NCBI GenBank assembly: GCA_951406725.2
Contig: OX597814.1
Span: forward strand, 9,052,001-9,116,000
Direction of reading: 5' to 3'
DNA: 64,000 nt
From: Octopus vulgaris
Lineage: Eukaryota
Shown here: positions 1 to 10,682 of the stretch, piece by piece
How positions within the stretch are numbered: the first letter of the stretch is position 1
How the letters are laid out: the number at the start of each line of letters is the position of its first letter
Notes under the pieces: model-generated
Databases searched by the model: none
Seen by the model: only the letters and a program-made list of their open reading frames with translations
Told to the model about the DNA's origin: nothing
Translations under genes and position numbers: made by a program

Positions 1-906
1 TACACATCTTTATACTCTGGCCCCACCAGGAATATGTCCAAGTGCTGTTAGATCATGTGAACTCAATAACGCCATCCATACAGTTCACAAGGGAAAACGA
101 AAAAGACAATCAGCTAGCATTCCTGGACGCATTAATAACACACACCAAGTATGGATTCAGGACATCCGTATACCGCAAGCCGACCTTCACTGGACGATAC
201 CTCAACTTCAATTCCCACCATCCATACAGTGTAAAGAGAAGGATTACTCAGTGCCTAAAACATTGTGCAAAGAATATAAGTAGCGATCATGATACACACC
301 ACGAAGAAATGATCAAGCTCAATAACAATCTATTAAGCAACAACAACCCCAAAACATACTATCCACTCCAATTCTGAAGAAAAGAGAGGATGAAATCAAT
401 AAACTGTCTGCAGTCTGTCTACCCTATGTGAAAAGCCTCTCCGAAAAGATACAAAAGATATGCAGCCCATATGATATCATAACAGTATTCAAGAGTAATA
501 CAACACTTCTCAAAACCACCAATAGAAGAGAATATGACTAAGAATTGTGTGTACTCCATCCCATGCAACTGTAGTAGGTTATACAAAGGCGAAACATGCC
601 GCCCCCTCAAAATAAGGGTTGAGGAACATCGCAAAGCTGTGACATGAGGAGATATTGATAAATCGGGTATAGCTGATCATGTATGGAAACATGGAAACCA
701 CCGCCCCCTGTGGGATGAAGCTAAAATAATAGACAGAGAATGCGACTGGAAAATATGAAAACTAAAAGAAGCAGCACATATGCTAGGACACAACAACCTC
801 CTAAGCAGACCAAGTGCAGATATGAGCAGCATATGGGAACCGGCATTAAAGAAGGATAGGGAAATATTAGATTTATAAGCCCTAAAATTCACTCCATAAT
901 TGCCCC

Positions 907-982
907 AGGGCATATGGTGTAGTGGTTAAGAGCGTGGGCTATTAACCCCAAGATTCCGAGTTCGATTCCAAGCAGTGACCTG
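907..982 (+). other. tRNA-derived (SINE-like) Pol III promoter head in the PLE 3' region
   Basis: A box TGGTGTAGTGG and B box GTTCGATTCC at tRNA-like spacing; acceptor stem is imperfect; followed by (CAC)n/(TAA)n. Confidence 0.7.
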
Positions 983-1118
983 AACACCACCACCACCACT
1001 ACTATTATTATTACTACTACTAATAATAATAATGATAATAATAATATCAACAATAATAATAATAATAATATAGAAAAAATACCTTAGGAATGAGAACCCA
1101 GTTTTAAAATTTCCGCAA

Positions 1119-1161
1119 GACACCTGAAGAAGGCTGGAGGGTATATCAGCCGAAACGTGTT
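1119..1161 (+). ncRNA. Minimal hammerhead ribozyme-like motif (PLE type), probably defective
   Basis: GACAC-CTGAAGA-A-GGCTG-loop-CAGCC-GAAAC-GTGTT. Core and stem II are intact and stem I (GACAC/GTGTT) can pair, but no NUH cleavage triplet remains. Confidence 0.7.
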
Positions 1162-1574
1162 AACAAGAAACAAGATGAGGACAAATATCCGTTGAATGTA
1201 AATAATTTAAATAATGTACAGAATTCCTCATCTCTTAAATATAGGGCAGGTTGTCTCCCCCTATCCTCACCCCAATGGATTGGGTTGTTTGCTCCAGCAA
1301 ATTACCAAATATTCTCTTGGTGATAATTCTTTGAAAACTTCCTGTGGAAATAGGGTTTTTAGCTGTTTGTTGTTTGAACGATATGCATGTGTGTAGGTAG
1401 GGAGATTGTGGGTGTAACAAAATGTTCTTCTGTTATGTTGGTATGTAATTCATGAGACCTGCATTTTTGAGTTAATTGCTATCTACTTTGTAATGGTGCT
1501 GTCTTTACTTTGTAATTGCTGCTGCTGCAACTCCTGCTGTTGTTGTTGTGTGTGGTGTTGTTGATTGAGGATGT

Positions 1575-2130
1575 CCTCTCAACTTGCCCCAAACCAATAT
1601 GAGTTGTGGTGACATGATGAGGTTACAAAAGTGCTGCATTGGAAAGTGTGAGGAAAGTTTGGGTTAGAGAGAAGCAAAACATGGTACAAACAGAAACCAC
1701 AGAGAATCACAGAGTCAGAGACCTGTAAAATCTTGTGGGATTTTTCAATGCAGAATGGGCCAAGTGCTTGAGTACAACAAGCCAGGCCTGGTCGTTGTGG
1801 ACAAGGTGAACCACATGTGCTCTATAACTGATGTTGCATACGCATTTGACCCACAATTAGTTAGGTGAACAAGTAGACAATCCTCTTAAATGTGCTTGAC
1901 CGTGAAAGATGGAGATAATTCTAATTATTATTGGGGCCCTGGGGACAGTATCAGAAGATATTAAGAGGAAATGAGGACAGAGCGCCGAGTAGAGCTGTTA
2001 CCAAAAGTCTGCCTCCTTGTCACAGCCATTATCATCAAGAAAATATTACATGGCTGAACAGAAGAGATAGCATGGTACCGTAGGCTGTGGATAGCAAGCC
2101 TCCAGGAGTTCCAACAAAACCTGAATTAAA
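1575..2130 (+). mobile_element. R4/Dong-like non-LTR retrotransposon fragment (restriction-like endonuclease end)
   Basis: Decayed frame reading ...ITESETCKILWDFSMQ...KPGLVVVDK...ITDVA...IIIGALG, typical of the RLE domain. Confidence 0.7.
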
Positions 2131-2193
2131 ACAATGCTAATAACTGACTCTGATAAGTAGACTAGACAAAGAGAGGAGAGAAAAATTACTTAC

Positions 2194-2427
2194 CATTTGC
2201 CTCTTTAAAACTTATAATGTAAGTATCAGAGGTTTGTTGTTGAACTGAAGAAATATCTCCACCAGAACTTTCTTTTCTATTTCCAAAATAGCTTTGAAGA
2301 CTCTCAGAGCTGACATTTGAAGAAACATTTTTCACTTGAACACTGTTTATTTCCTTAATTCTATCCACTTTCAGTTGATTTCCTTTTAAGGGGTTGTTTT
2401 GGCACATCCTCTGAACATACTCAAAAT
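2194..2427 (-). CDS. Gene B (PARP14/PARP10-type), coding exon 3, RRM-like repeat
   Basis: ttattgcag acceptor and G|gtaagt donor; 234 nt, phase 1-1. Translates (D)FEYVQRMCQNNPLKGNQLKVDRIKEINSVQVKNVSSNVSSESLQSYFGNRKESSGGDISSVQQQTSDTYIISFKEAN. The LxxYFxNxxxSSGG motif is typical of PARP10/14 RRMs. The gene continues past the window's left edge. Confidence 0.85.
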
Positions 2428-2591
2428 CTGCAATAAATACAATGAATGGAAATACATTTTGGTAAAAGAATCAAATTGAAGTCAATTTACTGATGCTTTA
2501 ATACATTTTACTTTTAAATGATTTTGAGAATTCTTCAAATTTGGAGATTTTAGCATTAAAATGCAGTTCCAATTATTTAATAACTCCATAT

Positions 2592-3030
2592 AGGCACAGG
2601 TGTGGCTGTGTGGTAAGATGGTTGCTTCCCAGCCATATGGTTTTGGGTTCAGTCCCACTGTATAGCACTTGGAAAAAATGTATTCTACTATAGCCTTGGG
2701 TTAACCAAAGCCTTATGAATGGATTTGGTGGACGAAGACTGAAAGAAGCCATTCGTCTGTCTGTCCGTCTGTATGTTACTGTTTCCTTGCCTGTTGTAAA
2801 CGAGTGTCCCTGTTATACAAGCAGTGTCTTTCCTTTCCAATCTTCCTTCAAACATGTCTGGTCACTGGGAAACATTACCTTACTTGGAAATAGGTGAGGG
2901 TTGGCAACAAGAAGGGCATCCAGCTGCAGAAAATCCAACTCATCATCAAATTTTGTCCAACCCATGCAAGCATGGAAAAGCGGACGTTAAAACAGTGATG
3001 ATGATCATTATGATGGTGATGATGATCATG
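2592..3030 (+). mobile_element. tRNA-derived SINE with RTE-like 3' tail
   Basis: GGCTGTGTGGTAAG...GGTTCAGTCCC head, GGGTTGGCAACAAGAAGGGCATCCAGC tail and (ATG)n end; a related copy is at 8019-8410. Confidence 0.75.
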
Positions 3031-3184
3031 GGTCCTTTAGTTAATGTTTACTCATCCTTAAATGTAAAAGGTATTTCTGTTTAGGGATAAGTAAAGTGAA
3101 AAATATACAAAATAAAGTTTGATCAAGTAGATTTATGACAAAAGACAATCCAGCCATGACCATTCCAATATGTAAAGCCAGCAA

Positions 3185-3370
3185 TTTAGAGGGAAGGGTT
3201 AGTTGATTGCATCGACCCCAGTATTCAGCTGGTATTTATTTTTTGAACCCTGAAAGGACGAAAGGCAAAGTTATTCTCAGCAGAATTTGAACACAGAGCA
3301 TGAAGACAGATGAAATGCAGCTAAGCATTTTGTCCAGCATGCTAACAATTCGACCAGCTGGCCACCTTCT
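3185..3370 (-). mobile_element. SINE fragment
   Basis: Reverse-strand B-box-like GTTCAAATTC followed by TAAATACCAG...CTGGGGTCGAT SINE body. Confidence 0.55.
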
Positions 3371-3638
3371 TCCATTCCAATATTTATTGAAAGTTATCAA
3401 AGCAAGAAGCAGTGTGTTAAATATACTTGCTGCTCTCGCTTTTTTTTTTCTATGAACTTTTTGGTAATATAAAGAATCCAGAAAATATTAAGAAATGTTT
3501 AATCCTTGAACATTTAAGCAAACCATATCTGGCCTCTCACGCCAACCCTACAACATCATTCTGAAAATTAACATTTAGCTCATCAAAATCTCAAAGCTAT
3601 GATATAATGCATTATTAATTCAAAACAATCTGAATAAA

Positions 3639-6600
3639 TGTTGTAAACCAATGCTAGACTGTTATAACATCCACTCCGGTACAGTTGTATAGTTAGTTGG
3701 ACAAGTAAAGACAGGCCTATCTATGACTGACTATTCCAACTGCTTGATGTCACAGTATTTGTAATGATTAGCACATACCACTCATCATGTGGGAAGGGTG
3801 TTCCATTATTGCCATTATCCTCATAACACCTCCCTTTTTAAGTTTTCTTTTTTTTATCTTAGGGAATGTAATTTTATTTATTAACAATCATTTTTACATC
3901 ACTCCACCTCCCTTTTTAAGTTTTCTTTTTTTATCTTAGGGAATGTAATTTTATTTATTAACAATCATTTTTACATCACTCCATCTACCTTTTTTGAGTT
4001 TTTTTCATACAGTTACATATTTATAATTCTTTTGCATTTGGCATTCACTTTCAGGAACTCCCTATATTTTCTTTTCCTTATACTTGTGCATCTAGGTTCA
4101 ATTGTTTGTAGTGGCATTGGTACTTGAAAAGCATCATAGAACCATTCTATTGGTTCTTCCATTCTCTTGGGTTCATTCTCAACGAATCTTTTTTTTTAGT
4201 TGATTCACATGTCTCTTGTATACCATTTTCCTTCCTTTTAGAGCAAGTATAGCATTGTTCCAATGCGTTTGGTAATCAAGCCATCTTCCCAACTTTGTTT
4301 TCTGATCTTATATGCCCTAACAAATACATCTTCACCAATTTTGTTAAATATTTTGCTGTATTTTCCATTGCAATTTTCCTTTTCTTGCCAGATAGTAATT
4401 TGTCAAAGACTGATTTGATTTTCCTCACAAACATCAGCTCCACTGCTGACATACCTGCTGGTGTGTTTGGATCTGATGTCACATGGTATACTCCTAAGAA
4501 TTGTTGTAAAACTATCTCATCCTTGACTTCCTTATTCAACTTTCTTAGGCCTCTTTTGAATGTATCAAATTCTGCTTATCTATTAAATCTGGGATGGTAT
4601 GGCACAGTAGTTACATGTTCTACGGGGAACATTTTACAAAACTTTTAAATTCAAGACATGAATTGCATTCCATTGTCAGACACTGTTGTGTCTGGAATGC
4701 CAAATCTCGCAAACAGCTCATGTAGAAAGTTTGTTGTAGTTGGGGAGGTTGGGTTTTTACACTTACAAATTTCTGACCATTTACAGAAACTATTTACTAC
4801 CACTAAGTAGTGTGAACCGTTTCAGGGACCAACGAAATCAATGTGTAATCGTGACCAGGGGACATCTACTTTTGGCCAAGGTTCACTTTTTATTGTCGGT
4901 AATTTTGCTGCTAGGGCACATCCTCTGCAACTTTACACTGAATTTTCAATTCCTCTATTTTGTAGCATGGTTTCTGTACATGACACCTTAGTGTCATGCA
5001 CTGATAACAGTGTGATACACGTAGCGCAGTAGACATCAACTGTCTCCACATGATGTATTCCCAAATACTCTGCCAACAACTGTAACCAATCCAAAACAAC
5101 TCTCAACGAACTATAACAACTTCTCAACAATTTCCTGTGACTCCATGAACTCACGAACGACACCTTTCGACTTCCTGCAATTTCTCATCTCTTGCTCTCA
5201 GTCAAACACGCTGCTACTTATATGAGTTTGGCCAGTCCATTCTCACAGGGGGTGTCATGATTCTCGCCATAACATTCTATCCATTTTTGGTCAGTACACG
5301 TAGCTATACATTAAAGTTTTCATCCTTGAAATACCAGGATGTCCAACATGGAATTCCCTCAACATTTTCTTTTGCAATGCTTCCCGTATTACTACTCTCT
5401 GGGCATACAATTTATACACCATCACAAACTGAGTATAGGTTTACATCTTGCTTTAGTTTCACACCAATCCTGTTCCTATTTACTCTTCCTGTCTACAGTA
5501 TTATTTTCATTTCTGTTATGAATTTCCACATTTCATTTTATGTCTTCTAGTGTCACCAGTAATTCACTTAACAATCCCACAATACATTTTTTATTTCTTC
5601 TTCTGCTGTTAAATGGCTCACAGTGTTTCAGTGTCCTTCTAGACAAACCATCCACATTCCATAGTTTTTTCATGGTAAATATTCCATTTTGTAGTCATAC
5701 TTCAATTATGAAATGCCCCACAGCTGTTATCTATTCACTGAGTGTGTTGGAATTCCTTTTTAGAACCATATATTGAGAGTAGTGGGCGATGATCCATTTG
5801 TAGAGAGAAACTTCTTTCATGAATTAATCTTTGGAATTTTTTCACACTGAATATGATTGCTAACACTTCTTTTTCTATCTGACTATAGTTCCTCTCAGGT
5901 GGTAATAAGAATTGTGATGCATGGGCTACAACCTTTTTACTCCCATCATCATATTTGTACAGAATCACTACTTCTACACCTTAATCACTCACATCTGTCA
6001 CTAATGAAATATCCAGCCTCAGATCAAAATGCGTTAACAATAAGTTTGATGTTAAAATGTCCTTTAATTTGTCAAATGCATTCTGGCATTTATCAGTCCT
6101 GCACCATTTCAAATTTTTCTTTAACAAATCATTTAGTGGGTCCCTTACATTGTGTATATTGGGAATATAAATTTGATAATAATTTACTAATCCTAAAAAT
6201 GCCTCCAAGTGGTTTGATTTTGAAGAGAATTTCCCTCCATTTAATTTTGCAAACACTTCCTCAGGACTTGGCAATGGGTAGTTATGTGAGATTAAGCAAT
6301 TATTCAACCCCATTGAAAAATCTGAACAAACTTTTAACTTACTTTTTTTTTTTACATACAAAGTAGGTGCTGACCAATCTAAGTGGTCTGTCTTCTTGAT
6401 TATTCTTAGGATTTCAAGTCTTTCAAATTCCTTCTTTACCTGTTCTAGTATCCAATTTTTCCACAATGGAAAAATTCTATTTCCTTAAATGGGTTTGTTT
6501 CCTGATTTTCACCCTGTCTGTTTTGTATTCTAGTACACACTTGGTTTCTATTCTGCCTGTTTCACACTTGTTTCACTTGGGAGCAATCATTATGCTCAAT

Positions 6601-7312
6601 TCTGTGTTGTGTCTTAAATTTACTATTCTTTCCCATTCTTCTGACACTTGTAAGTTGACAACTTGGTTTTGTTCCAGCTTAGCGAGAATTCTTGTTCTTA
6701 CTTCTGCATCAATTTCTGCAGTTAGTCCCTGAGTAAATATCAGGCACTTGAACATGTCTGGCATTAATTTGTCCAGCTTGAACTTTTCACTTTCCCTATT
6801 AACTCAACCAGCATATGTGATGTAGTCCTCTTTGTTGTTCTAGGATCAAGCATTTCCACCATGTATCGAACAACGAGATTTTATTGCTAAAAATTTTACA
6901 CAATATGTCTATTGTATTTTTGAAGTTTATGTCAGAAGGTTTTTTTTCAGAAGTACAATATTTGCTGTAATGCTCATTTTCTCCTGTTGCCAGTTTTCTT
7001 AAGATTAGACGTGTTTTCATATTGTCGTCCCAAACTTTGCCCTCTTTATTGAAGATCTGTTCATATTTTCTATAGTAGGCCTTGAAGGTAACTCCTTCAT
7101 CTGGTTCATACTTAAATTCCGTTTCTCAGTTTGCAACATAATCTGGCGAGAACGTCTTCTCAGCCTTTTTAAAATGACTTACTGTTCTTTAATTGTAGCA
7201 TTTGCTGCTGTAATAATTTCTTAATGTCACAGTATTTGCAACAACTAGCATGTACCACTTGTCACGTGGGAGGGGTGTTCTATTATTATTATTATTATTA
7301 TTCCCCATAACA
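3639..7312 (-). mobile_element. Decayed Gypsy LTR retrotransposon nested in a small TTAA-ended MITE-like repeat (3499-7361)
   Basis: 3' LTR 3639-3828 (TG..CA) and partial 5' LTR about 7226-7312; 5-bp TSD ATAAA (3634-3638, 7313-7317); PPT next to the 3' LTR. Minus-strand ORFs give gag, RT (YPLPSPEEVFAKL), RNase H (YSQIEKEVLAIIF, DHRPL) and integrase (PWSRLHID, SAVELMF) remnants. Confidence 0.9.
4959..5274. mobile_element. Solo-LTR-like insertion interrupting the Gypsy integrase region
   Basis: About 315 bp non-coding block TGTAG...ATAACA. TCTAT lies near both ends, and the host frame (SYVY..KMD / RGIENSV) rejoins when the block is removed. Confidence 0.6.
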
Positions 7313-7847
7313 ATAAATAAGCAGAACGCTTGACAGATTAATCTGAATGCTAAAGAGTTAAGGAATGCTCTGAATTATAAAGATGAAAGTGCTAGAAGAA
7401 AGAAGAAATGTTTCAGAGTCTGTAATGAGAAATGGTAAATAAAATGGAGAGGTGAAACAACAGACAAAAGAAAAAATCACACCAACCGAATATATAATCC
7501 TGTGTGGAAAGTCCTTTGTAGAATTTTATTGATTTGAAAATTTTAGTTTGATGTGTTCAATATTATGAGAGTATCATTACTCAACATATTTGTTTTATAT
7601 TGAAACTATAATTAAAAGTAAAAGACCTGTGCATGTGTTTATCATTGGCACAATGACCCTCCCAAGACGCACAAAATATATTTTGGTTTAGAATTAAACT
7701 ATATATTTCTTTTATTATTCAGTAATATGCATTTACAAGGTAAAAACTCAGTTTTCTTTTCATTTTAGATAGAAATTTGTAACAAGTTCCCCCATCAATC
7801 AAACAAAGATGGTAAAATATTCCATTTACTTTCCCTCTTTCCAATGT

Positions 7848-7993
7848 TTAGAAACTGAAGGAACGGTCAAATACTGGAATCAGTTTCACTGATAAAACAT
7901 CATCTCTAATATTTCTGATTTCCTGCCTGATAACCATCATTCCTGACAAATTTCTTCCTTTCCTGATAAATGTGAGAAACCAAAAGGCAAAAT
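7848..7993 (-). CDS. Candidate alternative terminal exon of gene B
   Basis: Strong acceptor ttatttcttcccag|ATTTTG, in phase with the 8481 donor. Open for about 48 codons to TAA, with AATAAA about 130 nt downstream in apparently non-repeat DNA. Confidence 0.4.
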
Positions 7994-8018
7994 CTGGGAA
8001 GAAATAAAAGATATAAAT

Positions 8019-8410
8019 AGGTGCAGACAAGGCTGTGTGCTAAGAAGTCTGCTTCCCAACCACATGGTTCTGGGTTCAGTCCCACTGCATGGCACCTTGG
8101 GTGAGAATCTTCTATTGTAGCCTCAGTTCAACCAAGGCATTGTTAGTGGATTTGGTAGATGGAAACTGAAAGAAGCCCAGTATGTGTGTCTTTGTGTCTA
8201 TTTGTTACCCGCCACTGCTTGATGACTGGTATCAGTGTGTTTATGTTCCTGTAACTTAACAGATCAGCAAAATGGAGTGATAAAATAAGTTTCTAGGTTT
8301 TAAAAAGTAGGAACCACTAGGGTCGATTCTTTTGACACAAAAAGATCCTCAAGGTGGTGCCCCAGCATGGCCTGAGTCATTAGATTAAAACAATTAAAAC
8401 ACAAAAGATA
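8019..8410 (+). mobile_element. tRNA-derived SINE
   Basis: Same head as the 2592 copy (GGCTGTGTG..GGTTCAGTCCCACTG..GGCACCTTGG). Confidence 0.75.
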
Positions 8411-8480
8411 TACCAATCCTATTAACAAAACAAAATTCAAGAAATCTTTTTCGGAACAAATCAAACTTGAAGAAACTTAC

Positions 8481-8717
8481 CAATTTCATTTACGCAATAC
8501 ACAAGAAAAGTTCCAGGTTTTCTTCCAGGGAAGACGTGTAGAATTTCTAATTTCCCGTACTCTTCCAAAAAATCAATTAACATTTTGTCCGACATGTCTT
8601 TGGGGCCATTTGACACAATCATTGCATCTTCTTGCCAGACTAGATTTTTATACCAGTCCACTTGAAGTTCATGTTTGCTTACATTATGGACCTTCTTTTT
8701 GACGACATTTTCTGCAT
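8481..8717 (-). CDS. Gene B, coding exon 2 (RRM-like)
   Basis: gattttcag acceptor and G|gtaagt donor; 237 nt, phase 1-1. Translates (D)AENVVKKKVHNVSKHELQVDWYKNLVWQEDAMIVSNGPKDMSDKMLIDFLEEYGKLEILHVFPGRKPGTFLVYCVNEI and joins both neighbouring exons in frame. Confidence 0.85.
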
Positions 8718-9294
8718 CTGAAAATCAAAACAGCAGAAGAAATTGAGAAAATGTCATTATTTATGAGTGGAGGGCATGGTTGTGTTGGTGTAGAACCAGG
8801 TCAGAGTCATTCCGACCATAAACACCCCCAAGTGTCCTTCCTTCTTTAAGATATTAGGTGGTACATGAAGAAGATTTAACTGCCTTTTCTAGCAGATCAA
8901 GTTGTCACTTAGAGGCCTCATTGTTTGCTCTATAGCCGAGAGGATTATGAGGTTCCCTGTACAATTAATTGGTTCTAGTTCAATCCCACTGTCCAACAGC
9001 ACCTTGAGCAAGTATCTCCTACCACAGCCTCAAGATGACCAGAGCCTTGTGACTGATATTTGGAAGAGAGAAACTGTGGACATCATAGGATTTGTGTGTG
9101 TGTGGGGGTGTGAGGTATCGCCAAAAGGCAATACTTGGAGGAGGCAGTACTCAATGAAAAGCTTTATAACTAGCAGACCATTATGTAAATAGAGAAAGAT
9201 TCTTCGGATTTGAGGTGACCTGTTGTCATTAAACATCAAGGCAACATCCCTGCTGATTAATATAGAATGCAATAATTATGATGATGATGATGAT

Positions 9295-10300
9295 TTCTTT
9301 TATTTGCCACAGGGGCGTAAGTGAGGGGCATTACTCGGACATTTTACAATCTGTGTGTGTGGGGATCACATAAAGGATGAAGGGAAAGAAAGTACCAATC
9401 AATGAACCCCACAGATCCAGGATCTCCTGACCATGAAGGGCACGAGTCCTCACTCCACTGTTGCCCTCCACTCACCAGGTGCATGCCTAAAGGAGCTTCG
9501 TTCACCCTAATCATTCTTACCAGTCAGCCACCTTCCCTCTCCACCCTCACTTTCTTTTCCAAATGGAACTTTAAAAAAAAAAGGTATCTGGGTTTAACTG
9601 AAGTGGAAGGTGTCTTTCCTTAATTTTTTTCGGCCTCGTCCACCACACAAGCCCTTTCTCTAGGGAGAGAAACATCATCTGCCCTGCTTTGTTAAAGGTC
9701 AGTGATGGGGCAATCCTCAGAACAGACTCAACTCATAGCCAGATCCTTCCTACATGTGCCAACAGCTGTTCAACATGACTCTGCAGATCAGAAATGCTTG
9801 GACACTGTACGAGGGCATCTCAGCCAGTCCCATCCATAGAGTTTATGCCAGCGCTGTTCCTCGGTAGCCAGACCAAGAATTTCTGGAAACTACCTGTGCT
9901 AATTCCTGGCCTGAATGTCCTCCAAAGCAGACCAGATGCTTCATACTGGTCAACACCTAATGTTTTCCTGAGAATGTCATTGCTCTTAGCCAACAATAGA
10001 TTTCTATATATTGCTAACATAGAACTTCCATGACCACAATACTTGATTGCCAGTGAATGCCAGATGACATTCCAGATGCCATAACTCTAATCCTGGTCTT
10101 TTTTTTCTTGATCCCAGACTGCAGCTTCCATCCATCCCCCCACTTTTTCATGCTAGCATAAGTTAAACGGAGACTTTAATTTACAAAGGATTTCACAGAA
10201 CAATATTCGGAGAGAGGGATCATGTGTTTCTCTATCCATATTTCATGCCTCCATTTCCTGTATCCTAGTTTGGTAGACTCACTTCTGCCATAACATTCCA
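9295..10300 (-). mobile_element. Old Tx1-like LINE 3' fragment ending in (ATC)n
   Basis: Minus strand has FQKFLVWL and FHLEKKVRVERE, matching FQKSLAWQ and YHLKRKVRVER of the Tx1 copies. The 3' end CCCTGTGGCAAATAAAAG resembles their termini. Confidence 0.7.
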
Positions 10301-10649
10301 TTATGGCCCTTTTGTCATTCTGAGATCATCTTCTTCTCAACTTTACAGAAGTATTCGAATAAACGACAAGGTCCACCTGGATGTACAGTAGGTTGCAAAA
10401 GGCTTTTACTTGGGGATTCAGTGTTGTGATGATAATTTTTAATTGGCATTTCACTCATAAAGAGGACTGTGGTGTTACAACCAAAAGCAACCATATCTAA
10501 GGCAAAAGAGACCTTCCTCTCGTTGTCGTAGACCTAACCCAATAAAGGGGTCCTCTCTATCTTCTCTGGTCTCGGCAGGTACACATTATCATTACTGCTA
10601 CTATCATAGTGTACAACGATATGACAATAACAATGCTGTCTTCAGCAGC

Positions 10650-10682
<33 letters not shown>

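Larger units (their letters stand above)
1..1245 (+). mobile_element. Penelope-like element (PLE), 3' part: RT C-terminus plus GIY-YIG endonuclease, decayed
   Basis: ORF 42-377 has PLE RT motifs (FTRENEKDNQLAFLD, VYRKPTFTGRYLNFNSHHP). About 540-790 reads KNCVYSIPCNCSRLYKGETCRPLKIRVEEHRKA...ADHVW, a GIY-YIG domain. Stops and frameshifts are present. Confidence 0.9.

Noticed and set aside
907-982. Functional tRNA gene
   Set aside because: Acceptor and T stems pair poorly, there is no Pol III terminator, and it is embedded in a repeat; treated as a tRNA-derived head.
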